A stretch of 64,000 bases of DNA, from positions 6,634,001 through 6,698,000 of the forward strand of contig OZ024754.1 in NCBI GenBank assembly GCA_964016885.1. The letters are read 5' to 3'. The stretch's first letter is position 1. Each line of letters starts with the position of its first letter. The DNA comes from Eledone cirrhosa. Taxonomy: Eukaryota. Under the pieces are notes generated by a model. That model worked only from the letters and a program-made list of their open reading frames with translations, was not told the DNA's origin and ran no database searches. Positions 38,256-52,299 of the stretch are shown here, in pieces. A program made the position numbers and the translations under genes.

Positions 38256-39908
38256 TTGTATTAGAATGATATGAAAATATTTTATACACTAGATATAAGA
38301 TAAAGAAGGAGGTAGGAAGAGAAGGGGAAGAGGGAAGTGAGTAAGGTGGAGGGAGTCTTAGGATTTAAGACTGTCAGACTAGTAGAGATTGTGAGGAGAG
38401 AATATTTTGGCATATATATATATAATGTATAGATACATACATACATACATACATACATACATACACATATACATACATATATATACACGCATAATACATA
38501 CACATATATACACACTCACATATACATTCACACACACACACACACACACATACACACGCGTGTATGTGTGTGTGAGTAGATAGATGGATAGATATCCGTA
38601 CGTGGTTGACGGCTACGAGATTTACAGAAAGTAAGAAATATACCAAAGGAAAACATTCTTCCATTTATATCCACAGACAATCCGAAAAATATCGAAATCC
38701 ATAATCCTATTCATAGAAATTTACCCAATTTTTTGATAATGATAAAAAATATATATATTATTTTTTAATGCAAGAGTCTTTTGTGGTTATGAAAACGGAA
38801 AAGGGGGGGGGGGGGGAGACAAGACCCCTAGGGTGACAGAAGAATGGTAGGAGGAAAGAGGGAAGAAAGAGGGGGTGATGGAACATCTGAAACATGCTGC
38901 AAGTGTGGAGCAAATTATATTTGAATGAGTGACAAATTATATTTCAATGAGTGACAAATTATATTTCAATGAGTGACAAATTATATTTGAATGAGTCAAC
39001 AACAATGGATGACCGTCCACCGATAAAAACAAATCGAGATATAAATACAATAAAGATTCCATTGAATGGAAATAAAGAAAAATGCAAAAATGCAACGCTA
39101 GCAATTTTTCCACTTTCAAAACTTTTCCAATTTATCACATTGAAAATGACATTACCATACAACAAAGAGGAAATAAGAAGAAATAACTAATTAAGAAATA
39201 CTAATTAACTTCGTTTAAATGTTTGGGAATAATGTTCTGCCAAAAGTTCATGTAGAAAGTCACGAGAATAGTGCTAGGATTCTTACATAGTAAAATGTAA
39301 TATCAAAATGTTAGCGTTCTTTCATGGCATTCTATCATAGCATTCTACAATAAAGTCAAAGATTAAATGCCATATATATTATATTAAAAACTTATGAATA
39401 GCGAAAAGCAGAAATCCAGTTTAAGCTTCAATTACTTGATGATAAATATTAATTATCGACCTCCTCCGCCTCCTCTTTCAATCTTTTCTATATTTCATCC
39501 ACCTGTCACCCTTTTTGTGGATTGTCTCTCTGGTGGATTGCTGCTGGTCTTTGTCCTCTGAGGCATTTTCGCCCATCGCTATCTTTGCCAGCTTTTAGCT
39601 TTAGCTGTTTTAACGGCTGTTCTAGCGATGAGTTTTATCATTTTTTTTTGGGGGGGGGGGGGGGGGTCGATAAAATAAAGTACCAATAACGAACTGGGGT
39701 CAATTCAATCGACTTTCCCCTCCCCCAAATAGTTGGCCTTGTGTCTATACTAGAAATCATCGTTATTAACTTTGCCTTTCATCCTTACGGGGTCGATAAA
39801 ATAAAGTACCAGTAATACACTGGGATAATTGCTGGCCTTGTGCCAAAAGTAGAAACAATTATGATATTAGATATAGGGTTTGTGTGTATGCTCGCCTATA
39901 CACACACA

Positions 39909-39956
<48 letters not shown>

Positions 39957-39976
39957 CGTGTGTGTGTATATATGTG

Positions 39977-40238
39977 TATATTAAATATTGCAATATATAC
40001 AATGCTAATCTTGTGTGGATATTAATGTCACCATGATGCTCCATATTTTGCGATGGAGGTTATTTATATATATATATATATATATACACGTGTGTGTATA
40101 TATATATATATGTATACACACACACACGTGCAAATAAGATAGATGCCCTACATGCATGTGAGTGTACAAATAGTTGTCTAATATCTCTCTTACATTCCCT
40201 CTCGCTCTATCATATTCATATATATATATATCCACACT

Positions 40239-40275
<37 letters not shown>

Positions 40276-40276
40276 C

Positions 40277-40326
<50 letters not shown>

Positions 40327-40452
40327 CATATATATCCACAGACACATATATATGTATGAGATATTAATAGTAAATACCAGTTCCATTATGCAACTTACTA
40401 CACTATACTTAAGGAAAGAAGAATGGTGATATGTGTGTGTGTGTGTGTGTGT

Positions 40453-40483
<31 letters not shown>

Positions 40484-40580
40484 CGTGCGTGTATAAATAA
40501 CCTCCATCGCAAAATATGGAGCATCATCGTGACAATATCCACACGAGATTAGCATTGTATATATTGCAATATTTAATATT
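39977..40580. repeat. ~90-bp inverted repeat pair separated by microsatellites
   Basis: 39977-40070 versus 40490-40580. Confidence 0.7.
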
Positions 40581-41776
40581 TACATATATGCACCATCAAA
40601 CACACACATACATACACACACACGTGTATTTATATATATATATATATGTCAGTATATATATATATATATATATATATTTGTATATACGTTGTCTCAAAAA
40701 TTCTTGTCTGAGTATTGAGTCGCACGTGTTTACTTATTTTTGTGCATGTGTGTATGTGTGTGTATATATATATATATTAATTTTTCATTCAGTACAGAAT
40801 TAGCCGTCGAAACGGCTTGAGCTCAGCCGTCGGGGTCTTACTTGTTCCTATATATATATATATATATATATATCTGTGCACACACACACACATATATATA
40901 TGTATATACATATGAATATATAAATATATACATTCATACATACATAGATAGATAGATATAATACACACACACACATACATACATACATACATTACATACA
41001 TACATACATACATACACAAACACACATAGACACATACATGCATGTGCTTGCACCCGTTTAGTCAACCCTCCTCCCGTCATTGTAAGTGTTGTTGTAGTTT
41101 CGAGGCAAGAATTATAAGATGTAATTTGATGAGGGTAAAGAAGAAGTTGCAGACAGCAAGTGACAAATGGTAAACACGAGGGAGACAACAGCAACACTAC
41201 CCAGAACAATATCACTACTAAGAGCAACAGTAGTACCAATAACAACTATAACAACAACAACAATAACAGTAGCACCAATAACAACAACTACAGCAACATC
41301 AACAACAACACAACGATAATAATGGTTTCTTATCTAGGCAGAAGGTCGGCAATTTTGGTGACAGGAGAAAGTCAATTAAATCAACGCCAGTGTATTACTG
41401 GTACTTTATTTATCAACTCTGCAAAGATGCTCCCGAACCCCGCATTAAATCTAGCCCTGCTCTTTAGGTCGTAACGCAACCGATCTCTTCCAAGGAAAGA
41501 AAGAGAGATAGACAGAGAGAAAGAGAGAGAGATAGACAGAGAGTAAGAACCCACGCCAGTACTGGACTGGTACTTTATTTATCGACATTGAAGCAATAAC
41601 AGGTCAAATCCACCCTGGTAGGATTTGACCTCAGAGCGCAGTCAACCGAAAAAAAAAATGAAATACCGAGCTGCTATTTGTAAACGTTTTAACGGCTGTC
41701 GATTCGCCGCCTTTTGTTGTGTAAAAATATCCACATGGCTTTGTTTATTAGTGACTCAATATAGATAAGTCTTGTA

Positions 41777-44700
41777 TGATGGAAAGAGGTGGTAGCTACA
41801 TCTCGGGTGGTGGGAAGAGGTGGTAGCTATGTCTCGGGTGGTGGAAAGAGGTGGTAGCTACATCTCGGGTGGTGGGAGAGGTGGTAGCTATGTCTCGGGT
41901 GGTGGAAAGAGGTGGTAGCTACATCTCGGGTGGTGGAAAGAGGTGGTAGCTACATCTCGGGTGGTGGGAAGAGGTGGTAGCTACATCTCGGGTGGTGGGA
42001 AGAGGTGGTAGCTACATCTCGGGTGGTGGGAAGAGGTGGTAGCTACATCTCGGGTGGTGGAAAGAGGTGGTAGCTACATCTCGGGTGGTGGGAAGAGGTG
42101 GTAGCTACATCTCGGGTGGTGGAAAGAGATGGTAGCTACATCTCGGGTGGTGGAAAGAGGTGGTAGCTACATCTCGGGTGGTGGGAAGAGGTGGTAGCTA
42201 CATCTCGGGTGGTGGAAAGAGGTGGTAGCTACATCTCGGGTCGTGGAAAGAGGTGGTAGCTACGTCTCGGGTGGTGGGAAGAGGTGGTAGCTACATCTCG
42301 GGTGGTGGAAAGAGGTGGTAGCTACATCTCGGGTGGTGGAAAGAGGTGGTAGCTACGTCTCGGGTGGTGGAAAGAGGTGGTAGCTACATCTCGGGTGGTG
42401 GGAAGAGGTGGTAGCTACATCTCGGGTGGTGGAAAGAGGTGGTAGCTACATCTCGGGTGGTGGAAAGAGGTGGTAGCTACGTCTCGGGTGGTGGGAAGAG
42501 GTGGTAGCTACATCTCGGGTGGTGGAAAGAGATGGTAGCTACATCTCGGGTGGTGGAAAGAGGTGGTAGCTACGTCTCGGGTGGTGGAAAGAGGTGGTAG
42601 CTACATCTCGGGTGGTGGGAAGAGGTGGTAGCTACATCTCGGGTGGTGGGAAGAGGTGGTAGCTACATCTCGGGTGGTGGGAAGAGGTGGTAGCTACATC
42701 TCGGGTGGTGGGAAGAGGTGGTAGCTACATCTCGGGTGGTGGAAAGAGGTGGTAGCTACATCTCGGGTGGTGGGAAGAGGTGGTAGCTACATCTCGGGTG
42801 GTGGAAAGAGGTGGTAGCTACATCTCGGGTGGTGGAAAGAGGTGGTAGCTACATCTCGGGTGGTGGGAAGAGGTGGTAGCTACATCTCGGGTGGTGGAAA
42901 GAGGTGGTAGCTACATTTCGGGTGGTGGGAAGAGGTGGTAGCTACATCTCGGGTGGTGGAAAGAGGTGGTAGCTACATTTCGGGTGGTGGGAAGAGGTGG
43001 TAGCTACATCTCGGGTGGTGGGAAGAGGTGGTAGCTACATCTCGGGTGGTGGGAAGAGGTGGTAGCTACATCTCGGGTGGTGGGAAGAGGTGGTAGCTAC
43101 ATCTCGGGTGGTGGGAAGAGGTGGTAGCTACATCTCGGGTGGTGGGAAGAGGTGGTAGCTACGTCTCGGGTGGTGGAAAGAGGTGGTAGCTACGTCTCGG
43201 GTGGTGGGAAGAGGTGGTAGCTACATCTCGGGTGGTGGGAAGAGGTGGTAGCTACATCTCGGGTGATGGAAAGAGGTGGTAGCTACATCTCGGGTGGTGG
43301 AAAGAGGTGGTAGCTACATCTCGGGTGATGGAAAGAGGTGGTAGCTACATCTCGGGTGGTGGGAAGAGGTGGTAGCTACGTCTCGGGTGGTGGGAAGAGG
43401 TGGTAGCTACATCTCGGGTGGTGGGAAGAGGTGGTAGCTACGTCTCGGGTGGTGGGAAGAGGTGGTAGCTACGTCTCGGGTGGTGGGAAGAGGTGGTAGC
43501 TACATCTCGGGTGGTGGGAAGAGGTGGTAGCTACATCTCGGGTGGTGGAAAGAGGTGGTAGCTACATCTCGGGTGGTGGAAAGAAGTGGTAGCTACATCT
43601 CGGGTGGTGGGAAGAGGTGGTAGCTACATCTCGGGTGGTGGGAAGAGGTGGTAGCTACATCTCGGGTGGTGGAAAGAGGTGGTAGCTACATCTCGGGTGG
43701 TGGAAAGAGGTGGTAGCTACGTCTCGGGTGGTGGGAAGAGGTGGTAGCTACATCTCGGGTGGTGGAAAGAGGTGGTAGCTACATCTCGGGTGGTGGAAAG
43801 AAGTGGTAGCTACATCTCGGGTGGTGGGAAGAGGTGGTAGCTACATCTCGGGTGGTGGGAAGAGGTGGTAGCTACATCTCGGGTGGTGGGAAGAGGTGGT
43901 AGCTACATCTCGGGTGGTGGAAAGAGGTGGTAGCTACATCTCGGGTGGTGGGAAGAGGTGGTAGCTACGTCTCGGGTGGTGGGAAGAGGTGGTAGCTACA
44001 TCTCGGGTGGTGGAAAGAGGTGGTAGCTACATCTCGGGTGGTGGAAAGAGGTGGTAGCTACATCTCGGGTGGTGGGAAGAGGTGGTAGCTACATCTCGGG
44101 TGGTGGGAAGAGGTGGTAGCTACATCTCGGGTGGTGGGAAGAGGTGGTAGCTACATCTCGGGTGGTGGAAAGAGGTGGTAGCTACATCTCGGGTGGTGGA
44201 AAGAGGTGGTAGCTACATCTCGGGTGGTGGGAAGAGGTGGTAGCTACATCTCGGGTGGTGGAAAGAGGTGGTAGCTACATCTCGGGTGGTGGAAAGAGGT
44301 GGTAGCTACATCTCGGGTGGTGGGAAGAGGTGGTAGCTACATCTCGGGTGGTGGAAAGAGGTGGTAGCTACATCTCGGGTGATGGAAAGAGGTGGTAGCT
44401 ACATCTCGGGTGGTGGGAAGAGGTGGTAGCTACATCTCGGGTGGTGGGAAGAGGTGGTAGCTACATCTCGGGTGGTGGGAAGAGGTGGTAGCTACATCTC
44501 GGGTGGTGGAAAGAGGTGGTAGCTACATCTCGGGTGGTGGGAAGAGGTGGTAGCTACATCTCGGGTGGTGGGAAGAGGTGGTAGCTACATCTCGGGTGGT
44601 GGAAAGAGGTGGTAGCTACGTCTCGGGTGGTGGAAAGAGGTGGTAGCTACATCTCGGGTGGTGGAAAGAGGTGGTAGCTACGTCTCGGGTGGTGGGAAGA

Positions 44701-44931
44701 GGTGGTAGCTACATCTCGGGTGGTGGGAAGAGGTGGTAGCTACGTCTCGGGTGGTGGGAAGAGGTGGTAGCTACATCTCGGGTGGTGGAAAGAGGTGGTA
44801 GCTACGTCTCGGGTGGTGGGAAGAGGTGGTAGCTACATCTCGGGTGGTGGGAAGAGGTGGTAGCTACATCTCGGGTGGTGGGAAGAGGTGGTAGCTACAT
44901 CTCGGGTGGTGGGAAGAGGTGGTAGCTACAT
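41777..44931 (+). repeat. 31-bp G-rich minisatellite, ~100 copies
   Basis: Unit ggtggtagctac(a/g)tctcgggtggtgg(g/a)aaga. Confidence 0.95.
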
Positions 44932-45367
44932 GGCTGGTAACAGCAAATATACTCACCCCTCTCGCCACAACGTTTTAGAAGTACAAAAAGATATACAGAA
45001 AAAAACAAAAATAAACAATTAATAAATAGAGAGACAGAGGTAATTAGAATTTGACAAGCAGCAACACAACAGCAGAAAATACCAAGAACAGAAACTTAAA
45101 CGATGACGGCTTCTAATTAAGGTACATAGCCAACACTTTGTGTGGGATAGAGTGGAAATCGATTAAATCGATTAAATCGAACCCAATATTTGAATGGTAC
45201 TTTGCCTTTTATCCTTCCAGGTTTGGTAAAACAAAGTTGACCTGGTGGTATTTGAACTCGGAACGTAAAAGCCAGAACAAAGCTGGTTGTCAGACGCTCT
45301 AACGATTTTTTTTTTTCAATCGATAAAAGCAACAATAACTCCTCTCTGTTGGTGTTTCATGACAAGG

Positions 45368-45503
45368 AATAATTGTTTCTACTTTTGGCACAAGGCCAGC
45401 AATTACCCAGTACATTACTGGTACTTTATTTTATCGACCCCCGTAAGGATGAAAGACAAAGTTAACTTTGGCGGGATTTGAACTCAGAGTGGAAAGGGCC
45501 GTA
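45368..45503 (-). mobile_element. Meta-type SINE, 5'-truncated
   Basis: Tail, core and B-box in reverse complement. Confidence 0.75.
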
Positions 45504-46070
45504 ATATGACAAGGAATAATAGACATCAGTTAACATATGGCAAGGGAGGACGCATATAAGAGGGTTGTTACAAAAGAGGGTACCTCCTTGCCTGGGGAAT
45601 ATATCTAAGAAAGCGCATGAAGGAAAATGGAATACTTCGACCTCGGCTTTTAAAAAAGTTGGCGGAGTCTTCTCTATGACCCATGAACCAGAAAGTGTAG
45701 TTAGGATAGCTCTGGCTGATGTGTGCTCCAATGAGCGGGACAGGGAAAGACATATGAAAGAGTGCACTTCATCTTTAAGACTCAAGAACCAATGTCGCGA
45801 GAGACATGCAGAGCTGATAAGTTATATGTCTACCCCGCGGGTCTCGGTAATATAAGGATCACAAATAGTGATAATTTGCATTGGCGTTGACTCTTGGTTT
45901 CTCACGCTTGCACCATTTTACTGGGCATGTAGTGAAAGTATGGGTGACCCACAACACATAGTTAAGTAGGATCTGCATGGACCTCCAAGTTGGCTATATA
46001 TATAGGATAACAAGGTATTGTAAATAAAACCTATTGAGCAGCCGACCATGTTATTCTTCATTTTTTTTTT

Positions 46071-46098
<28 letters not shown>

Positions 46099-46101
<3 letters not shown>

Positions 46102-46310
46102 GGAACAAGTAAGACCCCGACGGCTGAGCTCAAGCCGTTTCGACGGCTAATTCTATCATAGAATTAGCCGTCTATGATAGAATTAGCCGTCGAAACGGTT
46201 TGAGCTCAGCCGTCGGGGTCTTACTTGTTCCTATTACCCACTCTACTACCCTAAGTATTGAGTACTTTGGTGCGTTATGGTCCACCTGGTTCCTTACCAC
46301 ATTTCCTTCG

Positions 46311-46313
<3 letters not shown>
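46099..46313 (+). mobile_element. Family A fold-back fragment with junction duplication
   Basis: Inverted arm, then atagaattagccgtc twice, then sense GAAA/helix III/tail running into (TA)n. Confidence 0.7.
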
Positions 46314-46367
<54 letters not shown>

Positions 46368-46407
46368 TACAAATATTAATAAAATAGATGTTCTTTTGAT
46401 CAATTAC

Positions 46408-46460
46408 ATTTTATTATACATATTTCGGATGTACAACAGTACGTCCTCATCAGACAAAAT
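46408..46460 (-). ncRNA. Type I hammerhead motif
   Basis: Minus: attttgt-CTGATGA-ggacgtac(tgtt)gtacatcc-GAAA-tatgta-TA-ataaaat. Confidence 0.75.
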
Positions 46461-46569
46461 ATAATGATACATGACATACCCTGAGATGTTAAATGGTTAA
46501 AATTTAATCAAGGTAGTAATCTACTGTAAAACTCATTCTTTGATATACTCATTGAATATTGTTTAACTC

Positions 46570-46607
<38 letters not shown>

Positions 46608-46822
46608 CCAAGCTGTATCGAACATTACCTTTCCTTTGGACAACATTGGTAGCGTGGAGAGGGAAAACTGGTGCTTGTGTCTCGAAGGGAAACTTTCTAG
46701 GTACAAAACCATGGTCATTAGTGACCGATGAGAGCCTTATATATATATATATACTCTTTTACCTGTTTCAGCCATCCGGCTGAGGCCATGCTGGGGCACC
46801 GCCCTTGGAATATAGTTGCTTC

Positions 46823-46866
<44 letters not shown>

Positions 46867-47354
46867 GAAGCAACGGAGTCAAAATCTCGCGTTAGTCCCT
46901 GTAATGTACGAGCTCAAAGGAACTATATATATATATGTGTGTATATATGAAAATATGGAAGAATATATATAAAAAGAATAAGAGGAAGCTAGAGAGAATT
47001 ATTGAACGGAAGTGAAGAAAGGTAACGTTAGAAAGAACAAAGACTGACAAGAAGGAAGAGGAAGTATGGAGAGTAAAATTGCCAGAAATGATTGCAAGAA
47101 AATCACGAAATAAAAAAAAAAAGATCGATAGAAATAAAGACTAAAAAATGAAGAGATACAGAAGAGAAGATTTAGGATTTGGAAAGTAAAAAGTATGATT
47201 GTTTTTAATGAATTTAAGTAAATTTTAAAGAAAAATAAAACTAGGAGGAGTTTGAAAGAAAGAACGATAAGAAAAGAAAAGAAAACAACACCAAAGGAAG
47301 GAGAAAGAAAGAAACAAACAAACAAACAAAGAAAAAAGGAAGAAACAAATAAGA

Positions 47355-47388
<34 letters not shown>

Positions 47389-48576
47389 AAAGAAAGATTT
47401 CACGCGTTTTGTTGGAATCCAGAAAAGTTAAGGAGGGAGAAAGAAAGAAAATATAAAAGAATAAACGAATGGCCGATGAGAAATCTTCAAGGTAAAAACA
47501 AAATAACTTACCTTCCATCGTTTATTCGGGAGGTAAATGTCAGTTTTATAATCCGTTGGCAGCAGACGACAAGACTTTTGAATGAATACAATTCCTTTGT
47601 AAATGAAATGATGAAAAGCAGACGATCCCACTTGGAGAAGAGAGAAAGAGGGGTGGTGAGAAGTGAGAGGAAGAGAGAGAGAGATAGAAATAAAGAGAAA
47701 GTGAAAGAGAAGTGAGAGAGAAAGAAAAGTGAAAGAGAAAGAAAAGAAGAAGAGAGAGAAGCGGAGAGAGAGAGAGAAGCGGAGAGAGAGAGAGAGGTAG
47801 GTAGAGAGAAGTGAGATAGTCAGAGGAAGAGAGAGATGGAAATAAGGAGAAAGAGAAGAAAGTGAAAGAGAGACGAGAGTAAAGAGAACGAGAAAGAGTG
47901 AAAAGAAAAAGGAGAGAGAAAGAGAGACAGAATTTACATAAAAATTTTGCTGCCTTTCTCCCAACATTTATCGTCATTTGCCGGAAAATACCGATGCTCT
48001 ACTAGCAAATGCCAGATTCTGTTGACTTGTGTGTGTGTTAGACTGTGTATGTGAGTGTGTGTATGTATGTATCTGTGGGGGAGAGAGAGAGTTATGTGTG
48101 TGTGAGTGTGTGAGAGAGAGAGGGTGAGTTGTGTGAGTGTGTGAGAGAGGGGGAGTTGTGTGCGTGTGTGTGAGAGAGAGAGGCAAAGAGTGTTAGAGAG
48201 AGCGAGAGAGTTACTATATATGTGTGTGTGTGTGAGTATGAGTTGTGCAGTCTGTAAACTAGTGTCAACAAACCTACTAGTCGGCTGCAAGAGAGGACAA
48301 TATTATTTATCTATCCCGCCGAGGTTGACTTTGCCTTTCATCCTTACGGGGTCGATAACAAAGTACCAGTAATGTACTGGTCTTGTGCCAAAAGTAGAAA
48401 CAATTATTTATCTAGAAATTCTATGGATTTCTCTTAATCTTTCTCTGTTCTAAGAAGAACCGAGAAAATAAAAAGAGGGAAAAATGTTAATCTCTTTTGC
48501 CACATCACAAAACTGAAAGAATGATATATGTGTGTGTTTGTGTGTATGTGTAGCTGTCTGGTTGTGTGTAGCTGTG

Positions 48577-48696
<120 letters not shown>

Positions 48697-49299
48697 GTGC
48701 GTGTGTGCGTTTGTGTGTGTGTGTGTTTGTTTGTGTTTGTGTTTGTGTGTTTGTTTGTGTTTGTGTTTGTGTGTTTGTGTGCGTGTGTTTGTATTTGTGT
48801 GTTTGTGTGTCTGTGTGTATGTGTGTGGTTGTGTGTGGTTGTGTGTGGTTGTGTGTGGTTATGTATGTGTGGTTGTTCGTATCTGTCATGTGTGTGAGAG
48901 ACTGTATTTGAGTTCATGTGTGTGTGTGGTGTGTGTGTGGTTTATGTATCTGTTTGTGGGTCTATGTATCTGTGTATATATGTGTGTGTGTATGTATGTA
49001 TTTGTGTGTGTGATTGTATGTGTGTTCGTATCAGTCATGCGTGTGAGACTATTTTTGAATTCATGTCTAGTGTGTGTGTGTGAGAATATAGGTGTGTGTG
49101 TGTGTGAGAATATAGGTGCGTGTGTGTGTGTGTGAGAATATAGGTGTGTGTGTGTGTGTGTGTGAGAATATAGGTGTGTGTGTGTGTGTGAGAATCTAGG
49201 TGTGTGTGTGCGTGAGAATATAGGTGTGTGTGGGACGCATTTCATATGAAATGTATATGTATATATTGTGTTCTGCGAGTAAATTCTTGTTGTCAATGC

Positions 49300-49937
49300 A
49301 GAGAGGCGGGGGTGGTAGCGGGGGTCGTGGCGGGGGTGGTAGCGAGGGTGGTGACGGGGGGTGGTGGCGGGGGGGGGGGGGGGGGGGGGGTAGTGGTGGT
49401 GGTGGTAGTGGTGGTAGTGGTAGTGGTGGTGGTAGTGGTGGTGGTGGTAGTGGTAGTGGTGGTGGTAGTGGTGGTGGTGGTAGTGGTGGTAGTGGTAGCG
49501 GTGGTGGTAGTGGTGGTGGTGGTAGTGGTGGTGGTGGTAGTGGTGGTAGTGGTAGTGGTGGTGGTGGTGGTGGTAGTAGTGGTGGTGGTAGTAGTGGTGG
49601 TGGTGGTAGTGGTGGTGGTGGTAGTGGTGGTAGTGGTAGTGGTGGTGGTGGTAGTAGTGGTGGTGGTAGTAGTGGTAGTGGTAGTGGTAGTGGTGGTGGT
49701 GGTAGTGGTGGTGGTGGTAGTGGTGGTGGTGGTAGTAGTGGTGGTGGTAGTAGTGGTGGTGGTGGTGGTGGTGGTGGTAGCGGTGGTGGTAGTGGTGGTG
49801 GTAGTGGTAGTGGTGGTAGTGGTAGTGGTGGTGGTAGTAGTGGTGGTGGTAGTAGTGGTGGTGGTAGTAGTGGTGGTGGTGGTGGTGGTAGCGGTGGTGG
49901 TAGTAGTGGTGGTGGTGGTAGCGGTAGCGGTGGTAGC
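49300..49937. repeat. (GGT/AGT)n trinucleotide microsatellite
   Basis: Direct reading. Confidence 0.9.
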
Positions 49938-50210
49938 TGTTATTGTATTTAAAAGAAGCTTCCCTTAGACATGATTAAAAGCGTTCCAGATGCGACCATC
50001 CTGTGTTTTATGTATATATCTAAGACTGCAGAGTTCAATGTATCTTTCATATATCTTGATGACTGCAGAGTGTTGGAGGAAGGTATTTAGTTGTTATTTC
50101 TAGTAGCTCGACTAACTAGATAGAGTTTCCTCTCGTTGGTTCGTTGTAGCAATTGTTATGGACGATGGCGGTGGTAGTATTGGCATTAAGAATAGTAGAC
50201 TCACACAAAC

Positions 50211-50255
<45 letters not shown>

Positions 50256-50386
50256 GATAAATCTACCAAGAGTTTACGGTAGTGTCCAATCCGTATGAAG
50301 AACTCAATGTAATCCGGATATCATGGAAAGAAGAGATGCAATGAAAAATCACTTTCGGTGAAAGATAAACGGAATACAGAGTCAAG

Positions 50387-50781
50387 ATAAAATATTAAAA
50401 AAATAATGAATAAAGCAATGAAACAGTTCCTTATATTAAACAAAAAAAGTTCATTATTTAACGATCGTTTCTAGGATATATATGTGTTAGAATTGGCATG
50501 CATATTCAACAGATCTATGTACAAAATTATACAAAATTATACAAACTATCAAAATTAAATATACATACTATTTCTGAAGACGGCATATATATGTGTTTGG
50601 TATGTATATTTAATTTTGATAGTTTGTATAATTTTGTATAATTTTGTACATAGATCTGTTGAATATGCATGCCAATTCTAACACATATATATCCTAGAAA
50701 CGATCGTTAAATAATGAACTTTTTTTGTTTAATATAAGGAACTGTTTCATTGTTTTATTCATTATTTTTTAAATATTTTAT
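50387..50781. mobile_element. Family C fold-back element, HHR at 50569-50713 (+)
   Basis: ~180-bp arms. Sense arm tattt-CTGAAGA..GAAA-cgatcg-TT-aaata. Confidence 0.7.
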
Positions 50782-50832
50782 ATATATATATATATATATA
50801 GTTAAAAGAATAGAGGTGTAACACACAAGTTA

Positions 50833-51280
50833 TTATATATTGGTAAACGGAATAGAAAATGCTGACAAATTGTTCACAGTTGAAAAATGGTTTAATTAGG
50901 AATAAAAGAGTATTAGTGATTGTATGGGTTAGTATTCAGTTGTGGTTTTAAGTTAAGTTTTTACCCGTTGCGCATTTCTAAATGCTTTTCAAAAATAATT
51001 TTGAGATAGAGTGTCCGTGCTGTTTGCTCTGATCAGAGCAAACAGCACGGACACTCTATCTCAAAATTATTTTTGAAAACAGAGCAAACAGCACGGACAC
51101 TCTATCTCAAAATTATTTTTGAAAAGCATTTAGAAATGCGCAACCGGTAAAAACTTAAAAACTTAAAACCACAACTGAATACTAACCCATACAATCACTA
51201 ATACTCTTTTATTCCTAATTAAACCATTTTTCAACTGTGAACAATTTGTCAGCATTTTCTATTCCGTTTACCAATATATA
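50833..51280. mobile_element. ~200-bp-arm spacerless palindrome with ~46-bp junction duplication
   Basis: Centre ctctgatcagag (~51031). cagagcaaacagcacggacactctatctcaaaattatttttgaaaa occurs twice. Remnant GAAA-tgcgca. Confidence 0.75.
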
Positions 51281-51375
51281 TATATATATATATATTATAT
51301 TATATTATATTATATTATATTATATTAGGGAAAAGCAAACAAGATAAAGAAATATTTATCTATTTACTTATAAGG

Positions 51376-51443
51376 TCCCGACTGCAGTTTCGTTGAGTAA
51401 ACCTCAGTTTTAAGTATTGTGAAAACTTCAACTTATCAGGGAA
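51376..51443 (-). ncRNA. Hammerhead-like motif (C3/A8)
   Basis: Minus: ttcc-CTGATAA-gttga..tcaac-GAAA-ctgcag-TC-ggga. Confidence 0.55.
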
Positions 51444-51902
51444 CATTTTTCAAACAAGAAAGAATTCATCTGAGTTACAGTCTACCAGCGATAATTTCGA
51501 ATGGGAGAATTATCACGTGACTAACGGTCTACAGGGGGGTGGGGCAGCGGTAGGTGGACATTAGCAAGTAAAGGAGCTGCTAGAAGAAACAGTCCGATTC
51601 GCCCAAATTGTTTTTACTCAACCAGAAGAGAGTAATTAACAAATTTCCTGAAGATATATATACATATATATATACAAAGAAGGTGTGGCATAACGCACCA
51701 GAGTACTCGATACTTAGGGTAGTAGAGTGGGTAATAGGAAAAGAGTCAGGACTCCGACGGCTGAATTCAGCCGTTTCGACGGCTAGATCGGCTAGATCCG
51801 AACGTAGAGTTCGGATCTAGCTGTCGAAACGGCCGGAGCTCAGTCGTTGGGGTCCTGACTCTTTTCCTATACACACACACCCACACACGCACACGCACGC
51901 AC

Positions 51903-51933
<31 letters not shown>

Positions 51934-52299
51934 AGTATAGACATACATATGAGGGAGTCCAACCAATATCAATTTTGTTCAGTGAATGAATTAATAAAAA
52001 TCAATTAGTCAGAAGATAATAAATATAAGTAAATAGACAAACATTTCTATATCTTGTTTGCTTTCCAGAAGTATAATTTTTATTATGCTCTGAAAACAGA
52101 AAGCAAACGTTAGAAGAATCAATGTAAGTCAGAAATCATACCAAGTCGCTCCCAAGACTGTACTCAGTGAATATTTGTTATAAAATATTTGCTTCGACAA
52201 AGAACAAAAATACTAATAATTTCTCTACGAACATTATATATAATATTTATGAGAAGACAGCGAAATAAAAAGAAATGTCGGAAACATCATACCTTGCTC

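Noticed and set aside
45462-45855. Overlapping 96-107 aa ORFs in unique-looking sequence
   Set aside because: No motif I can recognise. Might be a TE remnant but unsupported without a search.
49224-49968. Gly/Ser-rich 242-aa and poly-Val ORFs
   Set aside because: Translation of a (GGT/AGT)n microsatellite, with no signal peptide or unique coding context.
50288-50375. Degenerate HHR-like tccgt-ATGAAGA..GAAA-gaTA-aacgga (similar case at 17160-17228, minus)
   Set aside because: Core or helices too damaged to call.
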